A DNA stretch of 64,000 nucleotides from Candidatus Spongiisociaceae bacterium (GCA_965219685.1 CBDCOH010000002.1:1312001-1376000), one strand, 5' to 3'; positions 51,675 to 61,735 are shown, counted from the stretch's first letter. Program-made: numbers and translations. The notes: a model not told the origin generated them from the sequence alone.

Positions 51675-54600
51675 GTGGGTTTGAGTTGGTCGGACGTTAG
51701 AGCCTTGAACGGTTCACAGCGGAAGGGCTTTGAAGAGCTATGCGCTCAGTTGGCTCGGCTCGAGACACCGGCTGGCGCGGAGTTCTTCCGTAAGGGCAGC
51801 CCGGACAGTGGAGTCGAGTGCTTCTGCAAGCTCGAGGACGGCGGGGAATGGGGTTGGCAGGCGAAGTTCTTCCTCGAGTCTCTGGGTGACGGGCAGTGGG
51901 GGCAGATTGATCGATCGGTCAAGGCTGCGCTGGAGGCTCACCCGAGACTGGCCCGCTATTTCGTGTGTGTTCCGCGTGACCGTCCTGATAGCCGCAGAGA
52001 AGGCATTAAGACGGAGATGCAGAAGTGGCAGAAACGCGTCTCCACCTGGGAGAGCTGGGCCCAAGAACGTGGGATGGAAGTCGAGTTTGTGTGGTGGGGC
52101 TCATCTGAGTTGACGGACCTCCTCTCGCAAGACCACCAGGCTGGGCGTCTTCGGTTCTGGTTCGGCACCGCCGGACAGTTCAGCGGCGAGTGGTTCGACA
52201 AGCAGTTGGAGCGCGCTATAGCGGTGGCAGGGCCGCGGTATACACCGGAGGTTCATGTCGACGTGCCGATCGTCGGAGACTTCGAGTTGTTCGGCCGTAC
52301 GGAGGCCGCCGAGGCAACTGTGCGCGACCTTGCCAAGGAGATCCGGCAGACCTCTGCCTACGCCATTCGCAGCCTCGCCCGCGAAGGCACATCCAGCTCC
52401 GTGCCGGAGTTAGGTGATGTCGTTGAATCTGTGGAGACGGTCGTCGAGGCGCTCTATGCGATACGCTGCGTTGCGCATCAGCAGTGGCCGCTGTCAGAGA
52501 TTGCGTCAAGAATCGATGAGGCTCTCGATCGTCTATCGGCGTGCGTCGTACCCTTGTCGAGGGAGGCCGACGTATTCGAGTCACGTAACGAGACCGAGGA
52601 CATCTCCGGCAGGGTTCGACAGAACCCATACAAAGAAGCTGCCCACGACGTCCGTGCGATGCGACGCGCTCTGGGCGATGTCTGGTCAACGGTCAGACGG
52701 ATCGACCAGGTTGCCAACAGGGGTTTGTTGATCGTCACGGGTAAGGCTGGGTCAGGTAAGACGCATCTGTTTTGCGACGTGGCGACTCAGCGGTTAGCTC
52801 AAGGCTCCCCCACGGTGGTCTTGATGGGTCAGCAGTTCACCACGACAGAACCACCGTGGACACAAGCGCGCTCTCAGCTTGACCTCGCGGACCTGTCTGC
52901 TGAGCAGTTCGTGGGCGCACTTGAAGCCGCCGCGCAGGTCTCCAACGCTAGGGCACTGTTCATGATCGACGCGATTAACGAGGGAGAGGGCCGGGTGATC
53001 TGGCCACCACATCTCGCCGACCTTCTCACCCACCTGAACGCTTCGCCTTGGATCGGTGTCGTGCTGTCGGTTCGATTGCCCTTTGCTGGCCACATGGTCC
53101 CTGATCCGGTAAGGGACACCGCGTATGAGGTGGAACACCGTGGCTTCGCAGATGACCCCTACGCGGCTGTTGAACGATTCTGTGAGCACTACAGCCTGGA
53201 CTTCCCTTCGACACCACTGCTACGGGATGAATTCAGCAATCCGCTGTTCCTCAAGACCCTCTGCGAAGGGCTGCACAACCGCGGAGAGCGTAGCATTCCC
53301 CTCGGTTCTGAAGGCATCATCACGGTCTTCGACAGGCACTTGGAAGCAATCGACGCCACTCTCGCCACCAGACTGGATTATGACCCCCAAGATCGGATTG
53401 TCGTCCGGTCGCTCGACGCGGTGGCCTCAGAACTCGCCGAACGCGGAACCCGCTGGCTTCCCAAGCACAAAGCCCGAGAACTTGTCGATCCCCTGGCACC
53501 GGGCACCGGATACAGTCGCTCGATCTATCGAGCACTCGTCGACACTGGACTGTTGACAGAGATCCCGGGTTCCAGCCCTAACGACGAGTGGAGCGTCGCC
53601 TTCGGCTATGAGTGGTTCGCTGATCATCTGATTGCTGAGCACCTCATCGCCGGGTGCGCGGACGCTCACGAGTTGGTCCGCAAGCTGACGAGAGAACTTG
53701 GCGACCACCACTCACGGGCCTGGACTGTCCGGAACGCACCTTTGGACGCGTTGAGCATCCTGTTGCCGGAGCTGCTCGGAGTCGAACTGCCAGAGGCCTT
53801 CGCGGATCACAGGACCAGCCCCGGCATCAGCCGTGCCTTCTTGAGGGGCCTGCCATGGCGAGACCCGTCCCGAATCGGATCAAGCTGCCAGGAGTTGATC
53901 CTCGATCTACTCGCGGAGGCGCAGCACTCGGGGACGGTGGACATCTTCGACGCGCTCATGGCATGCGTGATTGTGCCCCATCATCCCCTTGGCGCCGGGT
54001 TCCTCGAACAACACTTGCGGCGACTTAAGATGCCTGACCGCGACGCGGTGTGGTCCCAATACCTTCACCTCGCGTACAGCCGCAACGGGCCACTGGACCG
54101 CCTCCTCGACTGGGCAGAGAAGCACCACGCGCGTACAGCAACGCTCGATCACGACACAGCCTCGGTGTGTGTCGCTGTGTTGGCCTGGTGCTTGACTGCT
54201 TCTAATCGCTTCGTTCGAGATCGCGCCACCAAGGGCCTAGTCGCGGTTTTGACCAACAAGATCCCGCTGGCATGTGAACTAGTCGAACGGTTCAACGATG
54301 TAGACGATCCCTACGTGCGTGAACGTGTCATGGCCGCGGCTTACGGCGTGGCGATGCGCAGCACCGACGCCCAATCGCTCGCCCTGCTTGCCGACTCCGT
54401 GCATCGCCTGATCTTCGCCGACGGGAAGCCTCCACCACACATCCTGCTACGCGACTACGCACGCGGTGTCATTGAACGAGCCGAGTACTTAGACGCTGAC
54501 ATCGAGGCCGACGCGATTCTCGTAGACCCCCCCTATCGCAGCGAATGGCCCCACATCCCAGGTGACGGCGAAATGAAGATACTCGATCCGCCCTTCGAGG

Positions 54601-56231
54601 AGGATCGTCCAGAGCCATCTAATGCTGCGAGGGCGCAGGGATACATACCCTTTTCGGTGATGCGATGGGACTTCGCTCATTATGTCATCGGCACCAACTC
54701 AAGGTCGGTATCCAACCATTGGCTATCTGTGCCGATCACGGATCCGCCATGGCAGTCACCACGAGAGCGTGCTGAGACCTTCGGCAGTTCACTTGACCGC
54801 GACCTGCAGGAGACCTTCAACGAACTTTGGACCGGCACTCGCCCCGTCGACTCGTTCATCTCGTTCATCAACTCTGCAGCCGAACTCGAATCCGACGTCG
54901 TTGACGAGTCGGCGCTGTCCTACACGATCACGGAGCCCTACATCGACCCCGAACTCGAAGCGCTGTTCGTCGCTGAGCTCAGGGACGAACAGAGAGCCGA
55001 ATACGAAGGTGCGAAGGCCGCCCGTGGCACCGACGAACCCCGTCTTGAACTCGACATCATCCAGCGCTATGTGCTTTGGAGGGTGTTCGATCTGGGATGG
55101 AACAGAGAGCGATTCGGTGACCTGGACTGGCGTATCCAGCACTCAAATAGCTTCTCGGGCCGCGACGCTCGCAAGCCGGAACGTATCGGTAAGAAGTATC
55201 AGTGGATCGCGTACCACGAGATCCTCGCGTTCATATCAGATCACTATCAATACTGGGACCCCTACTGCGACGTGCTACCCAGAGACGCGTATCGAGGGAC
55301 GTGGCAGCTATCCATTCGTGACATCGACCCTTCCGCCGTCATGGGCGCCGCAGCACCGCCTCGTGAGCGTAATGAAGGTTCCACCCGGTGGTGGAACCGC
55401 GACGTACTAGTCGCCTCAGTAGATGATGTGGGCGACCAGCAATGGTTAAGCCAAACATCCGACATCCCTGGCCGCGATCAGCAACTGCGTTACACAAACC
55501 CCGACAACGGCAGCATCTGGATCAAGCTGCATGGCATGGACATCTGGGAGTCACAACTCCCAGCGGGTTATGACCGCCACGAAGTCGATCATCGAGACAT
55601 CTGGCTATCCGCATTCGGATATCTCATCGACGCTACCGGGATCGAAGACTTCATCGAGTGGTCCAACACCGTGGACTTCTCAGGTCGCTGGATGCCAGAG
55701 CCCCCAGGGGCCTTCGACCTGTTTTTTGGCGAACTCGGCTGGAGCTTCGCTTCCCAAGCCCTACTCGGCAACCAACCGGGAGCAGAGCAACCCAGACCCC
55801 GAGGCGGTGGCCCCCGATGCCCGGTACCTCTACAGCCAGCCGCTTTCCAATGCTCCGCCAACGGCGGCGGGTACGACTGCTCACTCGCCCACAGCGGAGT
55901 ATTTTACCGACCCAACCCTTGTCTAGTCGAAACCATGAACCTACAGTGGACGGGTCAGGGCGCCGACTTCGCACACCCAGACGGGACCCTCGCAGTGTTC
56001 GACCCGTCAGCGCACGACAACGGACGAGGAGCGCTTCTCGCGCAGGAAGAGACTCTGGCGCGCTTCTTGGACCAAACACGCTCAGCCCTCGTATGGGTGA
56101 TCGCCGCCGAAAAGCGTGCGATCAAACCCCGACGCTCTCAACACGCTCAATCACGCTTCCTGGGACTCCAGGGTACCTGTGTGTACCAACCCGGACCCCT
56201 AGCCGGCGATCTCACCACACACCCCGCATAG
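51675..56231 (+). CDS. AVAST/Avs-like STAND NTPase with N-terminal Mrr-like nuclease domain
   Basis: N-terminal FEELC...DSGVE...GWQAKFF; Walker A GKAGSGKT; Walker B FMIDAINE; NPLFL; long C-terminal region with ERIGKKYQWIA; 1518 aa. Confidence 0.8.
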   Translation: MGLSWSDVRALNGSQRKGFEELCAQLARLETPAGAEFFRKGSPDSGVECFCKLEDGGEWGWQAKFFLESLGDGQWGQIDRSVKAALEAHPRLARYFVCVPRDRPDSRREGIKTEMQKWQKRVSTWESWAQERGMEVEFVWWGSSELTDLLSQDHQAGRLRFWFGTAGQFSGEWFDKQLERAIAVAGPRYTPEVHVDVPIVGDFELFGRTEAAEATVRDLAKEIRQTSAYAIRSLAREGTSSSVPELGDVVESVETVVEALYAIRCVAHQQWPLSEIASRIDEALDRLSACVVPLSREADVFESRNETEDISGRVRQNPYKEAAHDVRAMRRALGDVWSTVRRIDQVANRGLLIVTGKAGSGKTHLFCDVATQRLAQGSPTVVLMGQQFTTTEPPWTQARSQLDLADLSAEQFVGALEAAAQVSNARALFMIDAINEGEGRVIWPPHLADLLTHLNASPWIGVVLSVRLPFAGHMVPDPVRDTAYEVEHRGFADDPYAAVERFCEHYSLDFPSTPLLRDEFSNPLFLKTLCEGLHNRGERSIPLGSEGIITVFDRHLEAIDATLATRLDYDPQDRIVVRSLDAVASELAERGTRWLPKHKARELVDPLAPGTGYSRSIYRALVDTGLLTEIPGSSPNDEWSVAFGYEWFADHLIAEHLIAGCADAHELVRKLTRELGDHHSRAWTVRNAPLDALSILLPELLGVELPEAFADHRTSPGISRAFLRGLPWRDPSRIGSSCQELILDLLAEAQHSGTVDIFDALMACVIVPHHPLGAGFLEQHLRRLKMPDRDAVWSQYLHLAYSRNGPLDRLLDWAEKHHARTATLDHDTASVCVAVLAWCLTASNRFVRDRATKGLVAVLTNKIPLACELVERFNDVDDPYVRERVMAAAYGVAMRSTDAQSLALLADSVHRLIFADGKPPPHILLRDYARGVIERAEYLDADIEADAILVDPPYRSEWPHIPGDGEMKILDPPFEEDRPEPSNAARAQGYIPFSVMRWDFAHYVIGTNSRSVSNHWLSVPITDPPWQSPRERAETFGSSLDRDLQETFNELWTGTRPVDSFISFINSAAELESDVVDESALSYTITEPYIDPELEALFVAELRDEQRAEYEGAKAARGTDEPRLELDIIQRYVLWRVFDLGWNRERFGDLDWRIQHSNSFSGRDARKPERIGKKYQWIAYHEILAFISDHYQYWDPYCDVLPRDAYRGTWQLSIRDIDPSAVMGAAAPPRERNEGSTRWWNRDVLVASVDDVGDQQWLSQTSDIPGRDQQLRYTNPDNGSIWIKLHGMDIWESQLPAGYDRHEVDHRDIWLSAFGYLIDATGIEDFIEWSNTVDFSGRWMPEPPGAFDLFFGELGWSFASQALLGNQPGAEQPRPRGGGPRCPVPLQPAAFQCSANGGGYDCSLAHSGVFYRPNPCLVETMNLQWTGQGADFAHPDGTLAVFDPSAHDNGRGALLAQEETLARFLDQTRSALVWVIAAEKRAIKPRRSQHAQSRFLGLQGTCVYQPGPLAGDLTTHPA

Positions 56232-56561
56232 CGGAAACCGTCCCCCTCTCGACCAAACCACCAAACAACGGCCCGACCTCGATTCGTGACGAACAAAGCG
56301 GCGCTGCGCGGAAACACTCATATTTGTAGGGTCCTCCTCGGCTGGGGCCCGGTCTGACCCACGTGAGAACTGGCGTTTGGTGCCTTTCACTCGACACCCG
56401 TCAAGCACCGGTCACTAGTAGAAGAAGATTCTCACCGTCGAAGAAAGAGTAGAGACAATTGGACGAGTGTTGAATTCCTATCGACCCGCGCGGCACAAGT
56501 GAAGAGGGACACTCCCAAGATCTTGGAGGGCAAGGACCTCCGCAACCGGTGAAGTCGGCGA

Positions 56562-57752
56562 TCAAGCGTCTTGTGTCGCTCCGGCGAGCTTTTCGATGTC
56601 TGTTTCGCCGGGGGCTTGTTGGGGCATCCAGCTGACCAGCTTCTTGAAGCCTTCGTTGAGCAGGAAGAAGGTCGTGAGGGAATAGAACGCCACGATGAAG
56701 GCGACTATCAGGAGGCGGGCGGTGTTGGTTTGCTGTACCGCCGCGTCGGCCAGGTAGCCCAGGCCGGAGGAGTAGCCCAGGAACTCAGCGGCGATCGCCA
56801 GTGACCAACCGCCTCCCATGGCGAGGAGCAGGGCGGAGCGCATTTCTGGAATCGCGGCCGGCACTATCACTCTGTAATAGGTCTGCCGCCGGGAGGCGCC
56901 CAGGGTGCGGGCCCTTTCGATGTACAGGTCGGGCACGTTGGCTACCGCATTCATGGTGGCCACCACGAGCACCGTCCACGCTCCGAAGGCTATGTAGAGG
57001 GTGATACCGGAGAAGGTGTTGCCCGCCACGAACTGCAACCACGGGGCAGCTACCAGGAGGGGGATCATCCTCAGGAAGTTCATGGGCGCCCAGGCGGTCC
57101 GGCCCACTGCCGGCCAGTAGGGAAGGGCCAGCCCGGTCAGGACACCGAGCGTGATACCGCCCACCAGGCCAACCAGCAGCCTGAAAAGCGTGACACCGGA
57201 GTGATAGGCGATTGCGAGGAACACGGCCAGCCAGGTGGGCTCCCCACCATGTGTGGGGAAAGGCGCCAGCGCTTCGAAGTTGAAGGTCGCGAACCCGAAG
57301 TTCAACTCGCGGATGGCCCAGAATCTGGACATTCCGAACAGGGTCTCACCGAACACGTAGTCCCAACCCGGAACCAGGGGTTGCTCGAGAGTTCCCGCCG
57401 GCACGATGTAGGACGCCACCTGCCATGCCACCAGTAACACCGCCCACGAGACGAAGAAGAACGGGCTGCGGCGCATACCGGCCCAGAGCATCCACGGCCC
57501 GGCCACTATCCCCCATGCCGCCCTGACCATGCAGTCCCTGACCTGGGCCGGGCGGAGCACCACCGGCCAGGCCCAGAACAGCACCCACCAGGAGACGATC
57601 AAGGACCACGTGACGTAGATCACACCATCACGATGCGCCCAGGTAACGAACGGAAGGCCCTCCGGCAACCGAAGGAGCAACCTCGTGGCCAGGACAGCCC
57701 AGATCAACCATCCAATCCAGTAGAGCCTTCGGAAGGGGGCAGGCTGGTTCAA
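56562..57752 (-). CDS. ABC transporter permease (nitrate/sulfonate/taurine type)
   Basis: ERARTLGAS (EAA-like) and IAAEFLG..SGLGY motifs. Probable TTG start at 57752; the 997-aa ORF-track extension is spurious. Confidence 0.82.
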   Translation of the reverse strand: MNQPAPFRRLYWIGWLIWAVLATRLLLRLPEGLPFVTWAHRDGVIYVTWSLIVSWWVLFWAWPVVLRPAQVRDCMVRAAWGIVAGPWMLWAGMRRSPFFFVSWAVLLVAWQVASYIVPAGTLEQPLVPGWDYVFGETLFGMSRFWAIRELNFGFATFNFEALAPFPTHGGEPTWLAVFLAIAYHSGVTLFRLLVGLVGGITLGVLTGLALPYWPAVGRTAWAPMNFLRMIPLLVAAPWLQFVAGNTFSGITLYIAFGAWTVLVVATMNAVANVPDLYIERARTLGASRRQTYYRVIVPAAIPEMRSALLLAMGGGWSLAIAAEFLGYSSGLGYLADAAVQQTNTARLLIVAFIVAFYSLTTFFLLNEGFKKLVSWMPQQAPGETDIEKLAGATQDA

Positions 57753-57778
57753 ACCGTCATCGCCTCCTCCCCGAGTCC

Positions 57779-58729
57779 CTACAGCCCCAGCCGGTGACCG
57801 GCCTCGGACCATCCGGTGAACGAACGTATTACCAGTACCAGGATCCCGTCGACTACCACAGCCAGCACGCCGAAGAACAGGATCAGGGAGATCATCCCGG
57901 TCGGCCCCTCCGAGAGTCCCGCCGCGTGGCTCCACATGCGGATCAGGAACCCTCCTCCCATCTGTGATCCCATCACCTCCACCAGCGTCCCCAAACCCCA
58001 CGCCAGTCCCATAGTGATCCGGAGGCCTCCGGCGATCTCCGGAATCGTTCCCCGCAGATAGACCCATCGGAACATGGTGCGGCGGTCCCCTCCCCTGGTG
58101 AGGGCCGATTCGATGATCTCCACCGGTATGTTCTGGGCCGCCCGGCGGCTGAAGAAGTACATGAGAAGGGTGGTATGGAAGGCAACAACCCCGATGGTGG
58201 CCAGCAGGGGATGCTCGATCCCGAACCAGATCACGAAGAAAGGCGCGATCATGAAGATCGGCAGGGTTCCGAAGAAACCGGCTACCGGTGCGACCAGATC
58301 GGCAATCCGCGGTGAGAGCAGACTGCCCAGTCCAACCCCCAAGCCGATGACCGTCCCCAGCGCGACTGCCATCAGGATGTTGCGGATGGTCCACAACAGA
58401 TGGAGCGTGTACCCGAAGCAGTAGTCGGGGAGGGCGGACATCCTCCCCCTCTTGAACTCCACCTCCTGCACCAGCTCCGGACAGGCGTGGATGAACCGGC
58501 CCATCATCGGCTCGCTGAACAACAGGTTCTCCCCGAAATGGGCGACTGTGGCGATCGGCGTCGGAAAGAGAACAAAAAGGGACGAGAAGGGCGGGGCTAA
58601 CAACTGCCAGAACAGCAGAAAGAGTATTAACCCCGAAACCAGGTAGATGACGTGGGAGGCCTGGCCGCGCCGCCTTTCTCGGCGCGCCGCGACTCTCACC
58701 TCGAGAGTGTCGGTGCTGGTCGTGGTCAC
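57779..58729 (-). CDS. ABC transporter permease (nitrate/sulfonate/taurine type)
   Basis: FPTP, ESALTRGG and IAGGLRITMGLAW motifs. Confidence 0.85.
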   Translation of the reverse strand: MTTTSTDTLEVRVAARRERRRGQASHVIYLVSGLILFLLFWQLLAPPFSSLFVLFPTPIATVAHFGENLLFSEPMMGRFIHACPELVQEVEFKRGRMSALPDYCFGYTLHLLWTIRNILMAVALGTVIGLGVGLGSLLSPRIADLVAPVAGFFGTLPIFMIAPFFVIWFGIEHPLLATIGVVAFHTTLLMYFFSRRAAQNIPVEIIESALTRGGDRRTMFRWVYLRGTIPEIAGGLRITMGLAWGLGTLVEVMGSQMGGGFLIRMWSHAAGLSEGPTGMISLILFFGVLAVVVDGILVLVIRSFTGWSEAGHRLGL

Positions 58730-58937
58730 TGTTCCTCTTCGCCGTCCTCGTGGTCCTCAATTCGCCCGCAGGACGAGGCGCGCTCGGCGCCCTCCTGTTG
58801 GCCGACTGGGCACACGCTACCGGAACCCTATCCGATGAGGGCGGTCTCCAGATGGCGCCGAGCGCCGGCGGTACTCCCGACGCACGGGCGTCCGGCCTTC
58901 CGGGACGGCGACCCTCGACAGACTTTGGCAAGGTGTT

Positions 58938-58957
58938 TGATATCATTGTTGATATCA
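58938..58957. promoter_or_regulatory. Tandem palindromes TGATATCA-TTGT-TGATATCA (putative TA operator)
   Basis: Two 8-bp palindromes directly upstream of the toxin relic and HTH gene. Confidence 0.55.
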
Positions 58958-58958
58958 G

Positions 58959-59020
58959 TGGTCGGTAGAGGTCGAGCCGGAAGTCGAGAAATGGATCGAC
59001 GTGCACCCGAGGAGGAGTGA
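58959..59020 (+). pseudogene. Internally deleted RelE/HigB-like toxin relic
   Basis: WSVEVEPEVEKWID joined out of frame to APEEE*, whose TGA overlaps the antitoxin ATG. Confidence 0.55.
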
Positions 59021-59322
59021 TGGCGCGTCCGACGATTGAGGAGTTGCGAGACAGACGGCTCAGCGCGATGAGCGCCGACGAGCGCGTCGAGTTCGACGAG
59101 GCCCTTGCCGCGGCTCGCCTAGCTCTGGAGGTGGGAGAGAAGGTCCGCGACGCGCGAGAGGCCGCAGGGCTGACACAGCGCGACCTTGCCGCTCGCATGT
59201 CGACGAGCCAGGCCGCGGTTGCCCGCCTCGAAACGGGCCGCACGAGCGCCACGCTCACGACACTCCACAGGGTCGCAGCCGCCCTCGACATGACGATCAC
59301 GGTCAACCTGGCCCAAACATGA
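59020..59322 (+). CDS. XRE-family HTH antitoxin (HigA-like)
   Basis: REAAGLTQRDLAARMSTSQAAVARLETG. Confidence 0.88.
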   Translation: MARPTIEELRDRRLSAMSADERVEFDEALAAARLALEVGEKVRDAREAAGLTQRDLAARMSTSQAAVARLETGRTSATLTTLHRVAAALDMTITVNLAQT

Positions 59323-59570
59323 CCGCGACCGTGAGGGCCAGATACTCGGACGGCGTCCTCGTCCCGCTGGAGCCCCTGGACCTCGAGGACGGAAGCGAAG
59401 TGACGCTGTCGATCGATGACGCGCCCCCTCCCCGTAGCGGCCTCGCCGGAATCGTGGATAGCGCCAAGAAGCTCTACGAGGCCGCCCCCTTCGACGCGTC
59501 GGACGACCTCCCGGTCGATCTGGCGATGAACAAGAAGCACTACCTGTATGGCCATTCGCAGGAGGGATAA
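59319..59570 (+). CDS. AF2212/DUF104-like antitoxin
   Basis: VRARYSDGVLVPLEPLDLEDGSEV...DLAMNKKHYLYG. Confidence 0.8.
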   Translation: MTATVRARYSDGVLVPLEPLDLEDGSEVTLSIDDAPPPRSGLAGIVDSAKKLYEAAPFDASDDLPVDLAMNKKHYLYGHSQEG

Positions 59571-59618
59571 GTAGACCGGCTTCGTCGCCTTGCTCAGGGA
59601 GGGCGACCTATAGACCGG

Positions 59619-60302
59619 CTACTCGGCGATCCAGATGGCGGTGTCGACCGCCACGGGGGTGCCGTTCTCCTGGAGTAGGAGGGGGTTGACGTCGATCGCT
59701 TCGATGTGGTCGTTCTCGAGGCCGACGCGGCCGAGAGCGACAAGGGTTCTGGACAGGGCGGAGCGGTCGGCGGGGGCTGTGCCGCGGACGGGGCCGAGGA
59801 TGGCCGAACCCCGGATGCCGTCCATCATCGCTGAGGCGTCGCGTTCCTGCAGCGGGGCTATCCGGAAGCAGACGTCGTCCAGAACCTCGGTGAAGATGCC
59901 GCCCAGGCCGAACATCACGCAGGGGCCGAACTGGGGGTCCCGGATCATGCCGGCCACCAACTCACGGGCTCCTCTTATTTGGGGCTGCACCAGGATGCCG
60001 TCCAGCATTCCGGCTGCGGCGGTCTCGATGGCTGTGAAGGCCGATGCGACTTCGGCGCTCGTGGTGAGGTTCAGCTTGACGATCCCGGCCTCCGACTTGT
60101 GCGTCAGGTCGGCGCTACATCCCTTCAGCACCACGGGGTATCCCGTACCGGCGGCCGCTTCCACAGCCTCCTGCTGCGTGGTGGCGAGGGTCGCTGCCGC
60201 CACGGGAATGCCGTAGCTCTCGAGGATGTTCCTGCTCTCGAACTCCGACAGCGATCGCAGCTGGCCATCTCGGCTCGGCATGCCGGCCTCGGGCTCCATC
60301 AC
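59619..60302 (-). CDS. Acyl-CoA ligase (ADP-forming) ATP-grasp subunit
   Basis: YPVVLK...HKSEAG, RDPQFGPCVMFGLGG and IDVNPL motifs. Confidence 0.9.
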   Translation of the reverse strand: MMEPEAGMPSRDGQLRSLSEFESRNILESYGIPVAAATLATTQQEAVEAAAGTGYPVVLKGCSADLTHKSEAGIVKLNLTTSAEVASAFTAIETAAAGMLDGILVQPQIRGARELVAGMIRDPQFGPCVMFGLGGIFTEVLDDVCFRIAPLQERDASAMMDGIRGSAILGPVRGTAPADRSALSRTLVALGRVGLENDHIEAIDVNPLLLQENGTPVAVDTAIWIAE

Positions 60303-61735
60303 GTTGCCTGCGCCGAGGCCACGAATGTCGAATAGCCGGCCAGCCGGGCCAGCGTTCGAGCCGTGGAGTCGATGTCCGGGAACAGCGGGATGCCTCCGTC
60401 GACCAGCGTCTCCTGCATCTCCTGGATGACCTGGCGGTACTCGGGTCCCGAACGGTAGGACCGCCAGGTTGCGGCCAGGGGTTTGCCGTTCACGTACTCG
60501 GATCCCGACTTGGCGAGGAAGGTTGCCAGCGCGGCTATGCGGTCGGGCGCCACGTCGTACATCCAGTCGATGTGGAAGTACACGACCACCATGTCGAGAT
60601 AGTCCTGCGAACTGAGCACCTCCAGCACGGGCGGCATCTGCGCCGGATCGGTCATGACATCGTGGGCGTCGACCGGGTTGGTGATGATGTTGCCGGCGGC
60701 GGGAATGGTCTTGCGGAGTTCGGTCCGGGCCTCGGTGGAGATCGGCGGAACGTCGAGGCCGGCCCGGCTGCAGGCATCGGCCGCCACCACGCTGCTGCCC
60801 CCTCCGGTCCCGATGATGGCGACTCTGTTGCCTGCAGGGCGCGGGAGCCGTCTCAGGGCGTCGATCGTGTGCGCCATGTCCTGGACCGAATCGACCCGGA
60901 TCGCCCCGCTCTGCGCGAAGAACCCCTGCCAGATGCGGTCATCGCCGGCCAGCGAGCCCGTGTGGGAGGCAGCCGTCCGGCGGGCTGCCCGGCTGGCGCC
61001 CGGCTTCACCATGACGACCGGCTTGTCCGGGGTCGTCCGGGTGACGGCATCGAAGAGCCGGCGGCCGTCGGCGACCCCTTCGAGGTACACGCCGATCGTG
61101 TCCGTTTCGGGGTCCTCCGAGAGGTACTCCACCAGATCCGAGGCATCGACCGTCAGGCCCGTCCCGTAGTTGACCACGGTGCTGAACGAGAGCCCGATCT
61201 GGGAGCCGTATCCGAGGATGCCGTCGGCGAAGCCCCCGCTCTGGGTGAGGATCCCGACCGATCCGATCGCCTCAGGCGCACCGGCCCAGGTGACCAGCCG
61301 GAGCCTCGGCGAGAAGACACCCATACTGTTGGGGCCGATCACCCGGAGACCGCCCTCGACTGCGATCTTCGTGATCTCCTCCTGCAGTGCCTTGCCCTCG
61401 TCCTCACCCGTCTCGCCGAAGCCGGCCGAGAAGATGTGGACGTTGCGATTCCCGGTGGCTACGCAGTCGCGGAGTATCCAGGGAACGATCGGGGCCGAGA
61501 GGCCGATTATCACCAGATCCACCCGCTCCGGAAGGTCGGGGAGGCCGGCGTAGGCCTTGTAGCCGCGGATGACGTCGGCCTTCGGGTTGATCGGGTAGAG
61601 GCGGCCGCGGTAGCCGAACTCGACCAACTGGCCGAACATGTCCACCCAGCTCGCACCCGCTTTCTCGCGTGAGGCGCCGACAACCGCTATCGACTCTGGT
61701 TTGAGCATCGCTTCGAGCCGGGACGGGCGTCGCAT
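60299..61735 (-). CDS. Acyl-CoA ligase (ADP-forming) CoA-binding subunit
   Basis: IAVVGAS, SAGFGE, IGPNSMG, QSGG and ASHTGSLAG (phospho-His) motifs. Confidence 0.92.
   Translation of the reverse strand: MRRPSRLEAMLKPESIAVVGASREKAGASWVDMFGQLVEFGYRGRLYPINPKADVIRGYKAYAGLPDLPERVDLVIIGLSAPIVPWILRDCVATGNRNVHIFSAGFGETGEDEGKALQEEITKIAVEGGLRVIGPNSMGVFSPRLRLVTWAGAPEAIGSVGILTQSGGFADGILGYGSQIGLSFSTVVNYGTGLTVDASDLVEYLSEDPETDTIGVYLEGVADGRRLFDAVTRTTPDKPVVMVKPGASRAARRTAASHTGSLAGDDRIWQGFFAQSGAIRVDSVQDMAHTIDALRRLPRPAGNRVAIIGTGGGSSVVAADACSRAGLDVPPISTEARTELRKTIPAAGNIITNPVDAHDVMTDPAQMPPVLEVLSSQDYLDMVVVYFHIDWMYDVAPDRIAALATFLAKSGSEYVNGKPLAATWRSYRSGPEYRQVIQEMQETLVDGGIPLFPDIDSTARTLARLAGYSTFVASAQAT

Noticed and set aside
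56232-56560. Right island border with short palindrome CCAAGATCTTGG
   Set aside because: No match to the left border and no att or tRNA sequence seen; the palindrome alone is weak evidence.
57753-59555. 997-aa ORF suggesting a giant permease fusion
   Set aside because: The upstream part overlaps three better-supported genes in other frames or on the other strand.
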